From the human T2T-CHM13v2.0 reference genome, Homo sapiens, in assembly GCF_009914755.1 (NCBI RefSeq), contig NC_060925.1: a stretch of 64,000 nt of DNA; one strand, 5' to 3'. This document shows, one piece after another, positions 14,801-26,895 of the stretch. The notes beneath the pieces were generated by a model. That model worked only from the letters and a program-made list of their open reading frames with translations. It made no database searches and was not told the origin of the DNA. The stretch's first letter is position 1; every line of letters starts with the position of its first letter. Made by a program: the position numbers and the translations under genes.

Positions 14801-15839
14801 GTCTTCTGCTAGCTTTGGGTTGGTTTGCTCCTGCTTCTCTAATTCTTTCAGTTGTGACGTTAGGTTGTTCATTTGAGATCTTTTTAACTTTTTGATGTGG
14901 GCATTTAGTGCTCTTAATTTCCCTGTTAACACTGCCTTCATTATGTTCCAGGGGTTCTGGTATGTTGTAACTTTGTTTTCATTAATTTCAAAGATCTTCT
15001 TGATTTCTGCCTTAATTTCATTATTTACTCAAAAGTCATTCAGGAGCACGTTGTTTAATTTCCATGTAATTGCATGGTTTTGAGAGTTTTTTTAGTCTTC
15101 TATTTTTAATGCGCTGTGGTCTGAGAGTGTGTTTGGTATAATTTCAATTATATGATCAGCTTTAGAGTATGTACCATGTGGCAATGAAAAAAATGTATAT
15201 TCTGTTGTTTTGTGGTGGAGAGTTCTGTAGAGGTCTATTATATCTATTTGGTGCAATTTTGAGTTCAGATCCTGAATATCTTCATTAATTTTCTTCCTCG
15301 GTTATCCATCTAATAATGTCAGTGGAGTGTTGAAGTCTCCCACTATTATTTTGTGGGAGTCTAAGTCTCTTTGTAGGTCTCTAAGAGCTTGCTTTATGAA
15401 TCTGGGTGCTCCTGTGTTGGGTGCATATATATTTAGGACAGTTAGGTCTTCTTGTTGAATTGAACCCTTTACCGTTATGCAATGCCCTTGTCTTTTTTCA
15501 TCTTTGTTGGTTTACAGTCTCTTTTGTCTGAAATTAGGATTGCAACTTCTGCTTGTTATGATTTCCATTTGCTTCGTAAATTTCCTCCATCCCTTTATTT
15601 TGAGCCTAGGGATGTCATTACATGTGAGACGAGTCTCTAAAGACAGCATTCCATTGAGTCTTGCTTTTTTATTCAGCTTGCTATTCTGTGCCTTTTAAGT
15701 GGAGCATTTAGCAAATTTATATTCAAGGTTAGTATTGATATGTGTAGATTTGATCCTGTCATTGTCTTGTTAGTTGGTTATTACGCTGGCTTGTTGTGTG
15801 GTTGCTTTATAGTGTTACTCATCTGTGTATTTAAATGTG
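11819..15839 (-). mobile_element. 5'-truncated primate L1 (older L1PA-type, ~4 kb, disrupted ORF2)
   Basis: ORF2 fragments appear in the track (13209-13886 RT 'QGCPLSP', 13763-14110, 12095-12397). The L1 3' UTR starts at 11819. A 13-bp TSD, CATTACCATTTCT, lies at 11806-11818 and 15840-15852. Confidence 0.93.
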
Positions 15840-15852
15840 CATTACCATTTCT

Positions 15853-17940
15853 AACCGACCTAACAGTACTTCTTTAATATCACATAACACATAGTTCTTG
15901 TTTACATTTCCACAATTATCTCAAAAATGCAGCTTTTGTTGGGGCGATCAGACCCAACACCAGGTCGTGGGGGTGATGAAGTCCGGCGGAGTCAAAGGAA
16001 TTAGAAAAAGACAGTTTGAGAGGGAAAGTGGGACCAGGGGGCCATTGCAAGTGTAGAGGCTGCGAAGGCCCTGAGCTCTGGGAGCCCATACAATTTATTG
16101 GTGTTCAAACAAAAAAACAGGTGGTGAGGATGGGGGTTGAAATGAAACAGTGTATCAAGTGAATAAGAAACATATGGCTGCTTGAGATAACGGCAGTGCT
16201 AGAAACAAGGAGCCAGCAAGTCTGGCAGACATGCTAGCCCTGCCTCAGCTTCTCTCCCAACACTCAGCTTTACTCCCAACAGCTTTCAAGTTGATTTCTT
16301 TGAGTTAGGATGCAAACGAAATCCACACATTTAGTTGGTTTGTCTCTTAAGTTTCTTCTAATCTGTAGCAACCCCTGTACTCTTTCACATCATTTACTTT
16401 TTAAATAAATAGGTTGTGCATCCTGAAAAATTTCTCACATTTTGAGTTTGGCTGATTGCTTCTTTCTTGTGTCACTTGACTTTCTTGTTATGTTTCTATA
16501 TTCCCCAGTATTTCTTATAAATTGGCAATTAGATTTAGAAGCTTAAACTAAATTCAAGTTCAATTTTTTTTGTGATAAGCATAAATCGGATGTGATGTGC
16601 ACTTCTTATTATACCATAGAGGAGGCACATACTGTCTAGGACTTCTAAGTTTAGTGATGTTAAGATTCAACTGCAGATTTAGGTGTCAGCACCATCCATT
16701 TATCCATTTTAAGGTTCTCCACAATCCTTTCACCCAATGATATAAGCACCTCTTGGTTATTGTTTCTAGACCCACTTTTTTTTCATTATGGGTTAATAAA
16801 CAGTAACTTTCTCTCCCTCGTCTTCATTTATTAACTGGATTTTTTAATAAAAAATAACTTTCCTCATCAATTATCTGGTAATCCAAATTACAGTTTTATA
16901 GGAAATATAGAGTAAATGCAAAACTCCTCCTCTTGCCAGTTTTCAGAATAATAAGTTGGTGGCCCAACAATTTCCAAAGATAACTCTTTTTATTTTTTTA
17001 AAATAGTATCATTATAGATTCATGGGTTTCTCTTTTTCTTTAATGCATCTTGATCAATTGCAATGATTATTTCTCTCATTTTTTAGACACTGGGAGTTCT
17101 TTAAAATTGCCTCCTGTGTTTTTTTTTTTTTGACACAACCCCCAGAGTCTACCATAGTTTGCTTGCTTTCTGGTACAATAAGATATCCTGGGCTAATTCT
17201 GTATATTACCTGCCTCAGATCTAGACCCAGGTATTTCTCCAGTGGTTTCTTGCCTTTTTTTTTTATTTTTTTTTTTTAGTGGTAAATGGTATGTAGAGAC
17301 CTTACTCTAGACACTATGGAGACAAAATGTGACTGCGTTTTTATTGTTGCGAGATTTTTTTTGTGAGCAGTTAGAAAACACATTTTAAAAGAATGAATTA
17401 ATAACCAATTCAAATTTAACATTTCAGAATAAGCACTTAACCTCTTTGGTTCTATACTTGCATTTTTTTTTCTTATGCTGAAAATTTTGTTTTCTCTTTG
17501 TTTTATCCTACAATATGGCTATGTTTTCTTCCAAGTGATAATGCGAACATTATTATTATCAGTAAGATCATTCAATGCTATTTACATTTTCTTTGAGACT
17601 CATTTGTCCTTGGAATAGAAATGTGGAGTAAAAATGTGCTTTAGAATTACTTGCAGTAATTCTTTTCTGTATATAGTTATGCCACCAACCCTGATATGCA
17701 TTTGGACTTATTTTGGTTTGTTTTTACTGTTTGTAGATTTTTATTTAATAATTTTGTTTTTAATTATGTATATAACATTTACATTAATCCAAAGTCAAAA
17801 CTATCAAACAAGATGTATTCAACAAAGTCTAGCTTACATCTTTGTCCCCCTTCTTCCTCCCTTCTGTTCCATAAGTAATCATTTGTATTAGTTTTTATGT
17901 TTAGCCCACATTTTCTTTAAGGCATTATCTCTTAACTGTA
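15853..17940 (-). mobile_element. Ancient L1M (L1MC/ME-like) 3' region hosting the L1PA and LTR insertions (continues at ~11530-11805)
   Basis: AT-rich, degraded L1M-like 3' UTR sequence runs on both sides of the younger insertions. Confidence 0.55.
15937..16281 (-). mobile_element. Solo ERVK-class LTR (LTR14A-like), 345 bp
   Basis: TG...CA termini (TGTTGGGG...CCCAACA), an internal AATAAA on the minus strand (~16094-16099), and a GCTTT TSD on both sides. Sequence and length fit recalled LTR14A. Confidence 0.8.
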
Positions 17941-18438
17941 TTTTTTAACACTTTTATGTAGGCAAGAGGGATGATGCTTACCTACATCATAAAGGAAGTA
18001 GCACTGTCCTATTTAAACCCCCGCCCCAGGAATCCAAATCCTGTGCTCCTTCCTCTGTCCCATGCTGCCCTCTACAGACACCTCGGGGAATTTCAAGGAG
18101 AGGCAGCTGTCAGTTCTTCCTGAGGTTAGATGTCCAAATTAAGCAGACTCTTTGTGCTTCAGTGATACTACCTTCTACTCTAGAATTTTGTAAAAATACG
18201 TATGCGAACCTTTTTGGGGCTCCAGGCAGTGCTTGGTGTCCAGGCGAAAATGTGTGAATAAGCAAGCACTCGTGTGTGTTGGGAAAACAAATTATCCCTA
18301 AATGCTGTCATTTTCTCTTAACACCAGCTGCGATGATGTGGAATTGAGGTACAATTAAAACCCATGAAATGTTCTGCAAGTTTAAAATGACCATAGGTTT
18401 AAATATTTTTTTTTTCTATCTAATTCAATGTAATTTTA

Positions 18439-18824
<386 letters not shown>

Positions 18825-19308
18825 CTAACTGGGCGAGTGCATAAGTAAGACAGAGTTAAAATCCTACGGTACTGGGTATTGTTTACTCCCAAAGGGTTTC
18901 TTCCAAGTCTTCTCCGCTCCCGTCGGGCCTCCTGCCGGGGCGGCAGGAGCAAAGGTGGCGCCGTTCTGTACACAGACATGTTCTAGCGTTCTAGCGTCCC
19001 CAGTCTCTTCCCTCTTCGTTCTGCTCCCTGAGGCACCTAGAAGCAAAAGAAGGTTTTGTTGTTGTTGTTTTGTTTTTGTTTGTTTTGTTTTTTGAGAAAG
19101 GGGCGCGAAGCAGGGTGCGAATGGATCCCTAAATTCAGGTCGTGGCTGGCTTTCCCAGCATCCAGTTTCTGCTTAGCAAAGATCCAAGAGAGCTTCCCCG
19201 TAACTTTTGGATTTTTGTCTGAGATAAGGGTTCAAAAGCAGAGCATTTTAATGTCATAGATAGTTCAGATGGATACATTAGAATTAAGTTATTTGAAAAA
19301 CAAACAAA

Positions 19309-19953
19309 TGATACAGGAGCTATAAAGAAATTATTTAGGCAGTTAGTGAGTGTAAGAGAGTCCTCCGTAAGGCTTCCCTTTTAACAAAAAGCAGCCTCCA
19401 AATAATTTCTTTTCCAGCAAAGAACAGCTTGTAAAACTGAGCTGCAGACCTAAACAAGCAAGCTGGAAGCTTGCATAGTTAGATGCTGTTAGCTGTGCTG
19501 ATAGAAAAAAGGCTACCTGGGGGCCAGGCATGTTCAACATGGAGGATCCCTCTTCTCTTTTCTTTGTCGCCACTTGGGCAGTAAAAAGGCAGGCAACATG
19601 GTCCGGACTGGTAGAGACCCCATCTGCATAATAAAATATTAGCGGGGGATGGCCAGCTTCTTCACACTCTATACAAACAGCACACCTGGTCCGAGCAATC
19701 TCTCAGGCCGTATGTTAATCAGACACTGCCTCCTCAAGCTTGTCTATAAAACCCTGTGCGTTTCACCAGGAAACCCGAAGACCCACTTGGGCACCCGTCT
19801 CTCTCTGCAGGAGACAGAGCTATTCTCTTTTCTCTTTCTTTCACCTATTAAACCTCCACTCTTAAACTCACTTCTTGTGTGTCCGCATCCTCGATTTCCC
19901 TAGCATGAGACAATGAACCTCTGGTATTTACCCTAGACTATGAGGCCTCTTCA
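19309..19953 (+). mobile_element. Solo ERV1 LTR (LTR9-family-like), 645 bp
   Basis: Runs TGATACAGGAG...CTTCA with a 4-bp TSD (CAAA), a TATA box (CTATAAAA ~19744) and ATTAAA (~19847). Confidence 0.75.
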
Positions 19954-21459
19954 CAAACAAACAAACAGAAAAACCAATAACAACAGTAAAAGTGCTAAAA
20001 TGCCAGTAGGAAGTGGTGAAAGCGGTGCTGCAAGTGGGTGGGGACCAGAAACATCAACTTTGAGATGAGGGCAGGCAGGGTAGCTTTAATTTGTTCCCAG
20101 TGGAGCAGGCCCCTCCAGGAGGAGCTGCCACCGGTTTGGGGAGCCCACAGGTCCTCCTCCCAGGTCTGGGGCAGGACCCAGGCAGGTTGCGCACCTGAGC
20201 GACGGCCCTTGTCCTCTTATTTTCTGGGTAAGGGGCTGCCCTTTTCCCGCACAACAGTGGTCAGGAGAGGCAGTCACTGACTTGAGGTGACCAGGGAAGA
20301 GCAGGGCCATCCGTTTCTTCGGAAAAAAAAAATCAGAGTTTTAAAATCAGAGACATGCCCAGGGCTGAAGCCTGAAGCTGTTTCTTCCTCTGTGCCAGAT
20401 AACCTCAGGATCCATAATTCTTTGGAATCTCACCCTGCCGAATTACTTTCTTTCAAAAATAAAATTATTTTCTGATAATTACGGTAATGTACATTCCCTA
20501 AATTTTTGAAAACCATGGAAACATGAAAAAGGTGTGTGTGTACACACAATGGAGACACACTTTACATTCTGTAAATGCTGCTTTTTCACATCACATGATG
20601 ACAGTTTGTCCACTTTTAAAAGTGGTTGTAATGACTGAACAATATTTTACCCATTTTAGGGATGCACAGTTCTTTAGTTAACTATTCCCTTCGTGTTGAA
20701 CATTAAGGCAGTTCTACTTCATTGCTCCTGTAAAGAATGCTCCTTCACAGAATACCCTGGGTCTCAGCTTCCACACTGGAGGAGAGGAAGTTGCTGGGAA
20801 CATCAGACTGGGACAGGTCACCCATCCTTTGTTTCTTCCAGTATTGCTCCTCTGCAAACCTTAGGGCCACCATCAGCAGCAGCCTCCAAACCAGTATTGT
20901 GGGGTAGGGTGGTCACTACATAAGGATATCTGGCCTATGGGGAAAGTGGGGACTGTAATCCAGCTTGAATGTTGCTGGCCTACCTGTGTGTAAGCATAAG
21001 TCTGTGTCCATTCTTCTAATTCACTCAAAGGTGCCACATGGATTAGACGAACGAGTGGTCCTGGTAGCAACTGGGGCCTGAGGGGGTGCATACATAGAAA
21101 TGGAATACTACGATGTCGTTTTGATTTTTTAGTTTTATTTTAGGAATATCCTGGCTTAGATTTGGCTATGATTTGTGCTTTACTCTCATTTCAACACTTT
21201 ACCATCAGTGGGAAATATCACTGTTGCTTTATGTGCAAAGTGATGGTTTTAATAAGGGGTAAAGAGGCATAGTTAGTTGACCACTGCACTTTCATCTGGG
21301 ACAGCACCTTTCTTACCCAAACAGGATCATATTGAAGCTATGACTTACATGGTTTGGGATCTTAGTTGTATACATTTCAAAAAGCGATGTTAAACACATT
21401 GAGCTAGGCTGAAAAAAGTAATTTAGAAAGAATTTTACTTCCTGGTTCGAAGTAAATCA

Positions 21460-21680
21460 GTATAGCATGGTGGTTGTGTTCATGGTCTCTGCATCCAGAC
21501 TGCTGTATGACCTTGGCAAGTGAAGGCAACATGTGATGATTATGTTTCCATAACTGTAACATGAAAGACTAAGAGTACCTACCCCAAAGGGTTGTTGGGA
21601 AGATTAATTGAGAAACTGTAGGTAAGACACGTAGAACAATGCCTGGCTCATCATAAGTGCTAAGTAAATGTTAGATTTTA
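21460..21680 (+). mobile_element. MIR SINE (further MIRs at ~42260-42460 and ~62650-62770)
   Basis: Contains the MIR 5' segment, TGACCTTGGCAAG and the 3' AGAACAATGCCTGGC...TAAGTGCT motif. Confidence 0.7.
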
Positions 21681-22276
21681 TGATTATATCCATTTATAAA
21701 ACCAGCAGCATTTCTCATTTCCACTTTTTTCTTCTTTCCAGTCTTCTTACATAAGATACTTGTTCATAGAATCCCAGTCTCATTTTTCTCCCTGCATCCA
21801 CAACCTCTTCATGTTTAACTCTCCCTAAGGCACTCCAGATATTTACTGAAAAAATTGAGTTAATAGTTATTCCTGGGTTCTTCCTTTCCCACCCTGGTCT
21901 CTCAGCAACTTTTCTTCTAGTTTTTGGATTCTTTGCCTCCCCATTCTCTGTCTTATAGGTGGGGATCCTGGAATATCTTTCATAACCTGATGGTAGCAGT
22001 TGCCTTCAACCAGAGCCTGGGCACTACATTACAGGGGAAAATCAGGCCTCATTGCTGTGGCTATGAACTGGTACCCCTCCTCTTCCTGCCCCAACGTAAT
22101 CGTCCTACAGGCCCCTTCAGAGATGTTAGAACTTCTACTTTTCTGGTCTGGAGTTGAGCTCTGTTTCTTGTGCCAGGCAGTGCTGGCTGGAGTAGCAGAG
22201 GGGAGGAGACACTCACAGAGCAGCCTGGGCTGTAGCAAAGGCAGAGAGTACCACGTGGTGCTGATAAAACAAAGGC

Positions 22277-22842
22277 TTTATTTTTTCATAGGGTCAGACA
22301 CAGGTGATGACAACTGGCTGTGCAGATATTGCACACACTGGCAGATACCAGGGTTGATATCCTGTGGGATCCTGGAGAATGGACAGGAAGAGCCACTAGG
22401 GATACCTCAGAGCTCTCTGCGGGGGAACTTCTCAGTGCTGACCAAAGGAAAGGAGATTTGAGTATGAGAGAGCAAAGCAGACCAGGATGCTCCTTGGACT
22501 TTCTTTCCTCTAAAGTTGCTTATTTCAGCATAAAGATCCAGGTCAGTGGCAGCCTGAGCCCCCACCTTGCTGACCACTGCCCCTGCCACAGAAGTTGGAG
22601 CTGTGGCACTTGCATTGGCGGGACCTGTGGCACCTGTGGTGGCTCAGGGAGCACAGACACTTTGTGTCCCCTCAAAGTGCTCCTGTCACTCACTCTCCTC
22701 CTCCTGAGATCAGGTGTCCACAGTCCTCACACACACAGGATTTGTCTGTGATGTCCCCTCAAAGAGGGGACACAAAGTGTTGGAAAACACAGTGCTATTT
22801 TCCCCAGTTTTGCTGGTGATGGAGGCCAAGAGAATGTCAGCT
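22277..22842 (-). pseudogene. LCE3-like pseudogene relic (exon 2 plus 3' UTR)
   Basis: Minus strand 22653-22543 reads [36 protein letters not shown]-stop. An N-terminal remnant CAG CAA AAC (QQN) is at 22815-22807 with no ATG. A splice acceptor AG is at 22842-22841. The 3' UTR aligns to LCE3E/3D, with AATAAA at 22282-22277. Confidence 0.88.
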
Positions 22843-23129
22843 GGGCAGAAAGTCAGTCTAATGAAGCTGTGTCATTGTGGGGCTCTGGGCCTTCTAAAGG
22901 GTCCACCTCAGTCCCTAGTCCATGGCTGTAGATGGAGACACCACCTTCTGTGTTTCTTTATCATTTGGCTTCAGCCTCCTCCCCTTCCTAATGGCCAGCA
23001 CCAGCCCTCCTCACTCCATGAAATTCCTCCTACTTCAAGTCCTTCATTCCCATATTCCTTCATTAATAAATTTCTATTGAGACTTAGCAATGTTTCCCAT
23101 CCAAAGAGCACCAGAAAAGTAACTATAGT

Positions 23130-23620
23130 AGAATGACTTTATGTTTGTTGACTTGTTGCAATGATGGAGATAGGACATGATATGGAAGCATTAAGAGGTG
23201 CTCACTGTAGGATTTGGGCTTGTGTGTTAGGTAGTTTGGGGGAGTGTTGACGGAATTAAAGTTTGTTCTGGATTTGATGCTGTCAGAAAGCAAGGACACT
23301 TCAATAAGCAGGTATCTTAATTTTTAACTAGGAAGTTGGAGCAATGAGGCAAGGTTAAAGCTATAACTAGTAAAAAGGTAGAAGTCATTCATATGAGCTG
23401 AGACAAGTGAATGTTTGGTCATTTTTGTGGTTTGGGCAATGCTTTTGCTTCATTGATGCTCAGAGTGGTCTTGTTTTTGTCTTGCTCCCTCGAGGTCACA
23501 GAGTTAGCTTATCTAAGGTTAGAGTTCTGTAAAAGTATTTATATTCAACAGGAGAACATCAGATCCTTGCTACTAGAGCGAGGCCAGCTTGCTGCCAGAA
23601 ATCTGGGCTACTCCTTCTTT
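23130..23620. mobile_element. Probable ERV LTR fragment, family unassigned
   Basis: A ~490-bp block with LTR-like composition and motifs. Termini and TSD are not resolved. Confidence 0.4.
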
Positions 23621-26600
23621 TCTCAGCATCAATTATGGGCCAGGCATCATGGTCAGTAGTAGTGATAGGGTAGGTAAGAGAAAATCATGGCATCTGTCTT
23701 CAATGAGCTTAAAGTCTAGCAGATCTAACAAACATAAAAGAGTAAATTGTTAGGGATAATGGACCCCAGAAGGAGTTCCATGTGCTATGGGCATGTAGAG
23801 AAAAGGTATTGAAGTCTATACTTTGTTGCAAACTGAATATTTATTTTTTCATATCTTGCAGTTATCATAAGCAAGCCTTATCCTCCAGACAGGGCAAACA
23901 TGGCAGCCATTTTCCTCCATGGCAGCCATTTTCCTCCATAGATTGCAACCCTGAGCCGTTGGCAGCAGGGGAGGCAAGAGGTAGGAGCCAGAATTAAAAA
24001 GGAAAATAAATCACACATTTTGGGCAAGTTTCAAAGAATCAAAATATCTTTTCCAATGACTTTCAGTACATCGTGTTACCTCTGTTTTATGAAACACAGT
24101 GGATGACTATTAGGCTTTCTTCCAGCCCCATTCTTGACTACCTGTCTTGAAAGCCTCCCCACAAGACCTGGAGAGCTCATTAATCTCCTTTCTACCTTAG
24201 TGATTGCCCTTGTCACTCACTCTCCTCCTCCTGAGATCAGGAGTCCACAGTCCTCATATGCACAGGATTTGTCCTGTGATGACACATGGTAGCTATAAGA
24301 CCATGATCTGGTCACTTCCCTTACAGCACAAGGGCACCTCCCTGAGAGTCACTAGTCCCAGGAGCCCCATCCTGAGGAGACTTGGCTTCCTGTGGTCCCC
24401 AGATATCAAGGAAATACAGAGACTGCTCTGGCTGGATGAATCCAGGAAAAATTTCATGACTTAGTCATTCCAATTGGTACTATAGGAACAGGCACTGCAG
24501 GACCTCAGGTTTAGCTCTTTGGAGTACATTTTGGACATTCCACATCAGCAATCAAAGATGAGTAAACAAACAGAATTCTTCTCCCTTTGCTTACAACTCA
24601 CAGTTCCTTCTCCATTCTGTTCCTGCCATGACTGTGACAGTCACATTCCATGGCAAGCAGCTGAGTCATTCTTAAGGAAAATGGGACTCGGTAGCCAGAA
24701 AGTGCCATATACCTTCAATGTGCCTAAGTTTCTTATATGGATTCTAATTTTCCCCTCAGGTTAAGTAGTATTTTGAGCTATTTATACCTCTTTAGTCTCC
24801 TGAGAAAGTTCTGGTTGGACCCAGTGTGTAAAAGAATGTTGGACTCGAATTTTTTTCTTGTGTTGGGATGTTGGCTGGAGTTGAAAGATAAAAATAATAT
24901 GTGCCCCTTATCCCCTTATACTAAAGTAACCTCAGGATAAGCTGCTGAAAATCTCTGCAGGACTTGCTAAGAAAAAACATAACTCTATTTCTCTGGTCCA
25001 GTTATATATCTGGAAGTTTGAGTTTTGATAAAAATTTTTTAGGTAGGAGAGTTATTGTCCTAGAAGACAGTACTATGGTTTCACCCTTATCTTGTATAGG
25101 AAGGGAACTGGTTGCTCTCTTGTAACAGAGATCAATGGAAAGGGGAGGACTCATGATTCGAAATTGTAGATGTTAGAGGTCCCTTCAAAAAAGGAAGACA
25201 GGATTTTCATCCAGCAGCAGAAGTTCTGCTGCAGTAGTAGATTTGATTGTTTAACTTCTGAGCCTATTGTTTAATAAAGAAAAGGAATTAAAGAGATAGA
25301 GCAGGATGTTGAGACATAATAGTAGACAACATCTGGGAAGGAAGACCAGCTTGCACATTCTTCCTAGTGTTGTGTTTAGAACGGTTTTCTGTTGAGCAGT
25401 GAGACCTCATCATCAAGAAGCTGTGGCTGGTGTCAATGAAGGTGGGAACTTAAGGAGTATCTGAAGGGTTAAATCTGACTGCTCATCCCATGTCTGGGAG
25501 TAGCGCTGTGGGGAGAACCCTTGCAGATGCTCCAGAAGGACTCACAAAAACACCCTATAAGACAGCCCTCCTGCAGAGCCTGCCACACACAGGGAGCAAG
25601 CAACCAACAGAGGAGGCTAGTGGTACAGTCACATGTGTAATGATTTCCCCTCCCCTTTTCCATCTCCCAATACAATGGAGGAGGAAGTGTTATTCAGGAA
25701 GAAGGTGGAGAGGTGGTAGTGAATGAGACAAAGAGCCATACATGTTCCCTCCCAACTCCAGTCTCTTGGGAGAGCCATGGGCAGTGCTCACTGGGAAGGG
25801 TGAATTTGAGTTTGAAGATGCGTACCGAATTAAATTCAGCTGGTCTGGACTTTAATATCCATAAAATTCACTCCAGAAATGTGGAATTTCCCTGAGATAT
25901 TTTCAGGAGAGATTCAACACAGCATAGGAGAAGATAATGATGGGATAAGACAATGCTTCTTGTTTTTATGAGACCAAGTTTATAAGGTTTAATATACTAT
26001 TTTTAAGGTTCTAACAATGTCTTTATAACAAGGGATCATCTTTGGGATTCTCCACCTTTTCTAACATCAATGAAATCAATAAATGCCAAGATTCCATGTC
26101 ACAAAGGACAAAAAAAAGCAGGTTCAGGGATGTTGGTTGAGGGCTTCAAAATGACCACATGTGGGTAATGCAAAGGCAATAGGAAGTAGAAACTGGGAAG
26201 TTCTTGAGGGTGGGAGACATGTTGGGATTTTGGGGGCCAGATAGGAAGTCTTCTAGGGAGAGGAATATCTTAGGTCAAGAGGTGGAGGAGAGGAAGTTGG
26301 GTGCTGGATGGTGAGAATACTGTGTGCTACTCACCTGTAGTCCATGGGGAGAAAGAATAAAGGAAAACTTTTGGGGAGTCAGTAGAAGACCCTGATCAAT
26401 CTGACCCTTGCCAAGTTCCTTTTATTCAACATCTGCCATCTTCTTCCCCAATTCTTGGCTACAATTCTTTTCTTGTACCATGTTTTCTCCCAACATTCTG
26501 TCTATCCTGAATGTAAGGAGAGGAGTGAATGTACTGAGACATAAAAGATCTGTGCTAGATCCCAGGCAGGTGTATCACGTTAGTGACTGATACTTGGTAC

Positions 26601-26895
26601 TCAAGAAATAAACTTTGGCTCTGACAGAGTTCTCCTCTCCAGGGGGCATGGAATAGGTTTATTTATTGTGGAATGGATAGATGCAGGGTAGTTGGAAGAG
26701 AAAATAAATGGGAGCATTGAAAGAACCCAAGAACATTTGACAGAATCTGGAGTGGGCACCACAATATTGTGTTGGCTGGCATTACACCTGGGCAATCTGC
26801 TGAGTCAGAGTCTTTCTGGAAATTAGGCCAAAGATGGGGTTATTAATACCAGCACACACTGAGTGCTGGAATCCAGATATTTATCAATGCAAGTT

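Noticed and set aside
22320-24464. Shared peptide LSLTLLLLRSGVHSPH in two plus-strand ORFs, resembling a signal-peptide gene pair
   Set aside because: It is explained by the 74-bp DNA duplication. Both ORFs have non-ATG starts, and the first is antisense to the LCE relic.
25530-26340. Isolated TATA-like (25556) and splice-donor-like (26329-26338) motifs suggesting a fourth relic gene
   Set aside because: I could not read any associated LCE-like coding remnant.
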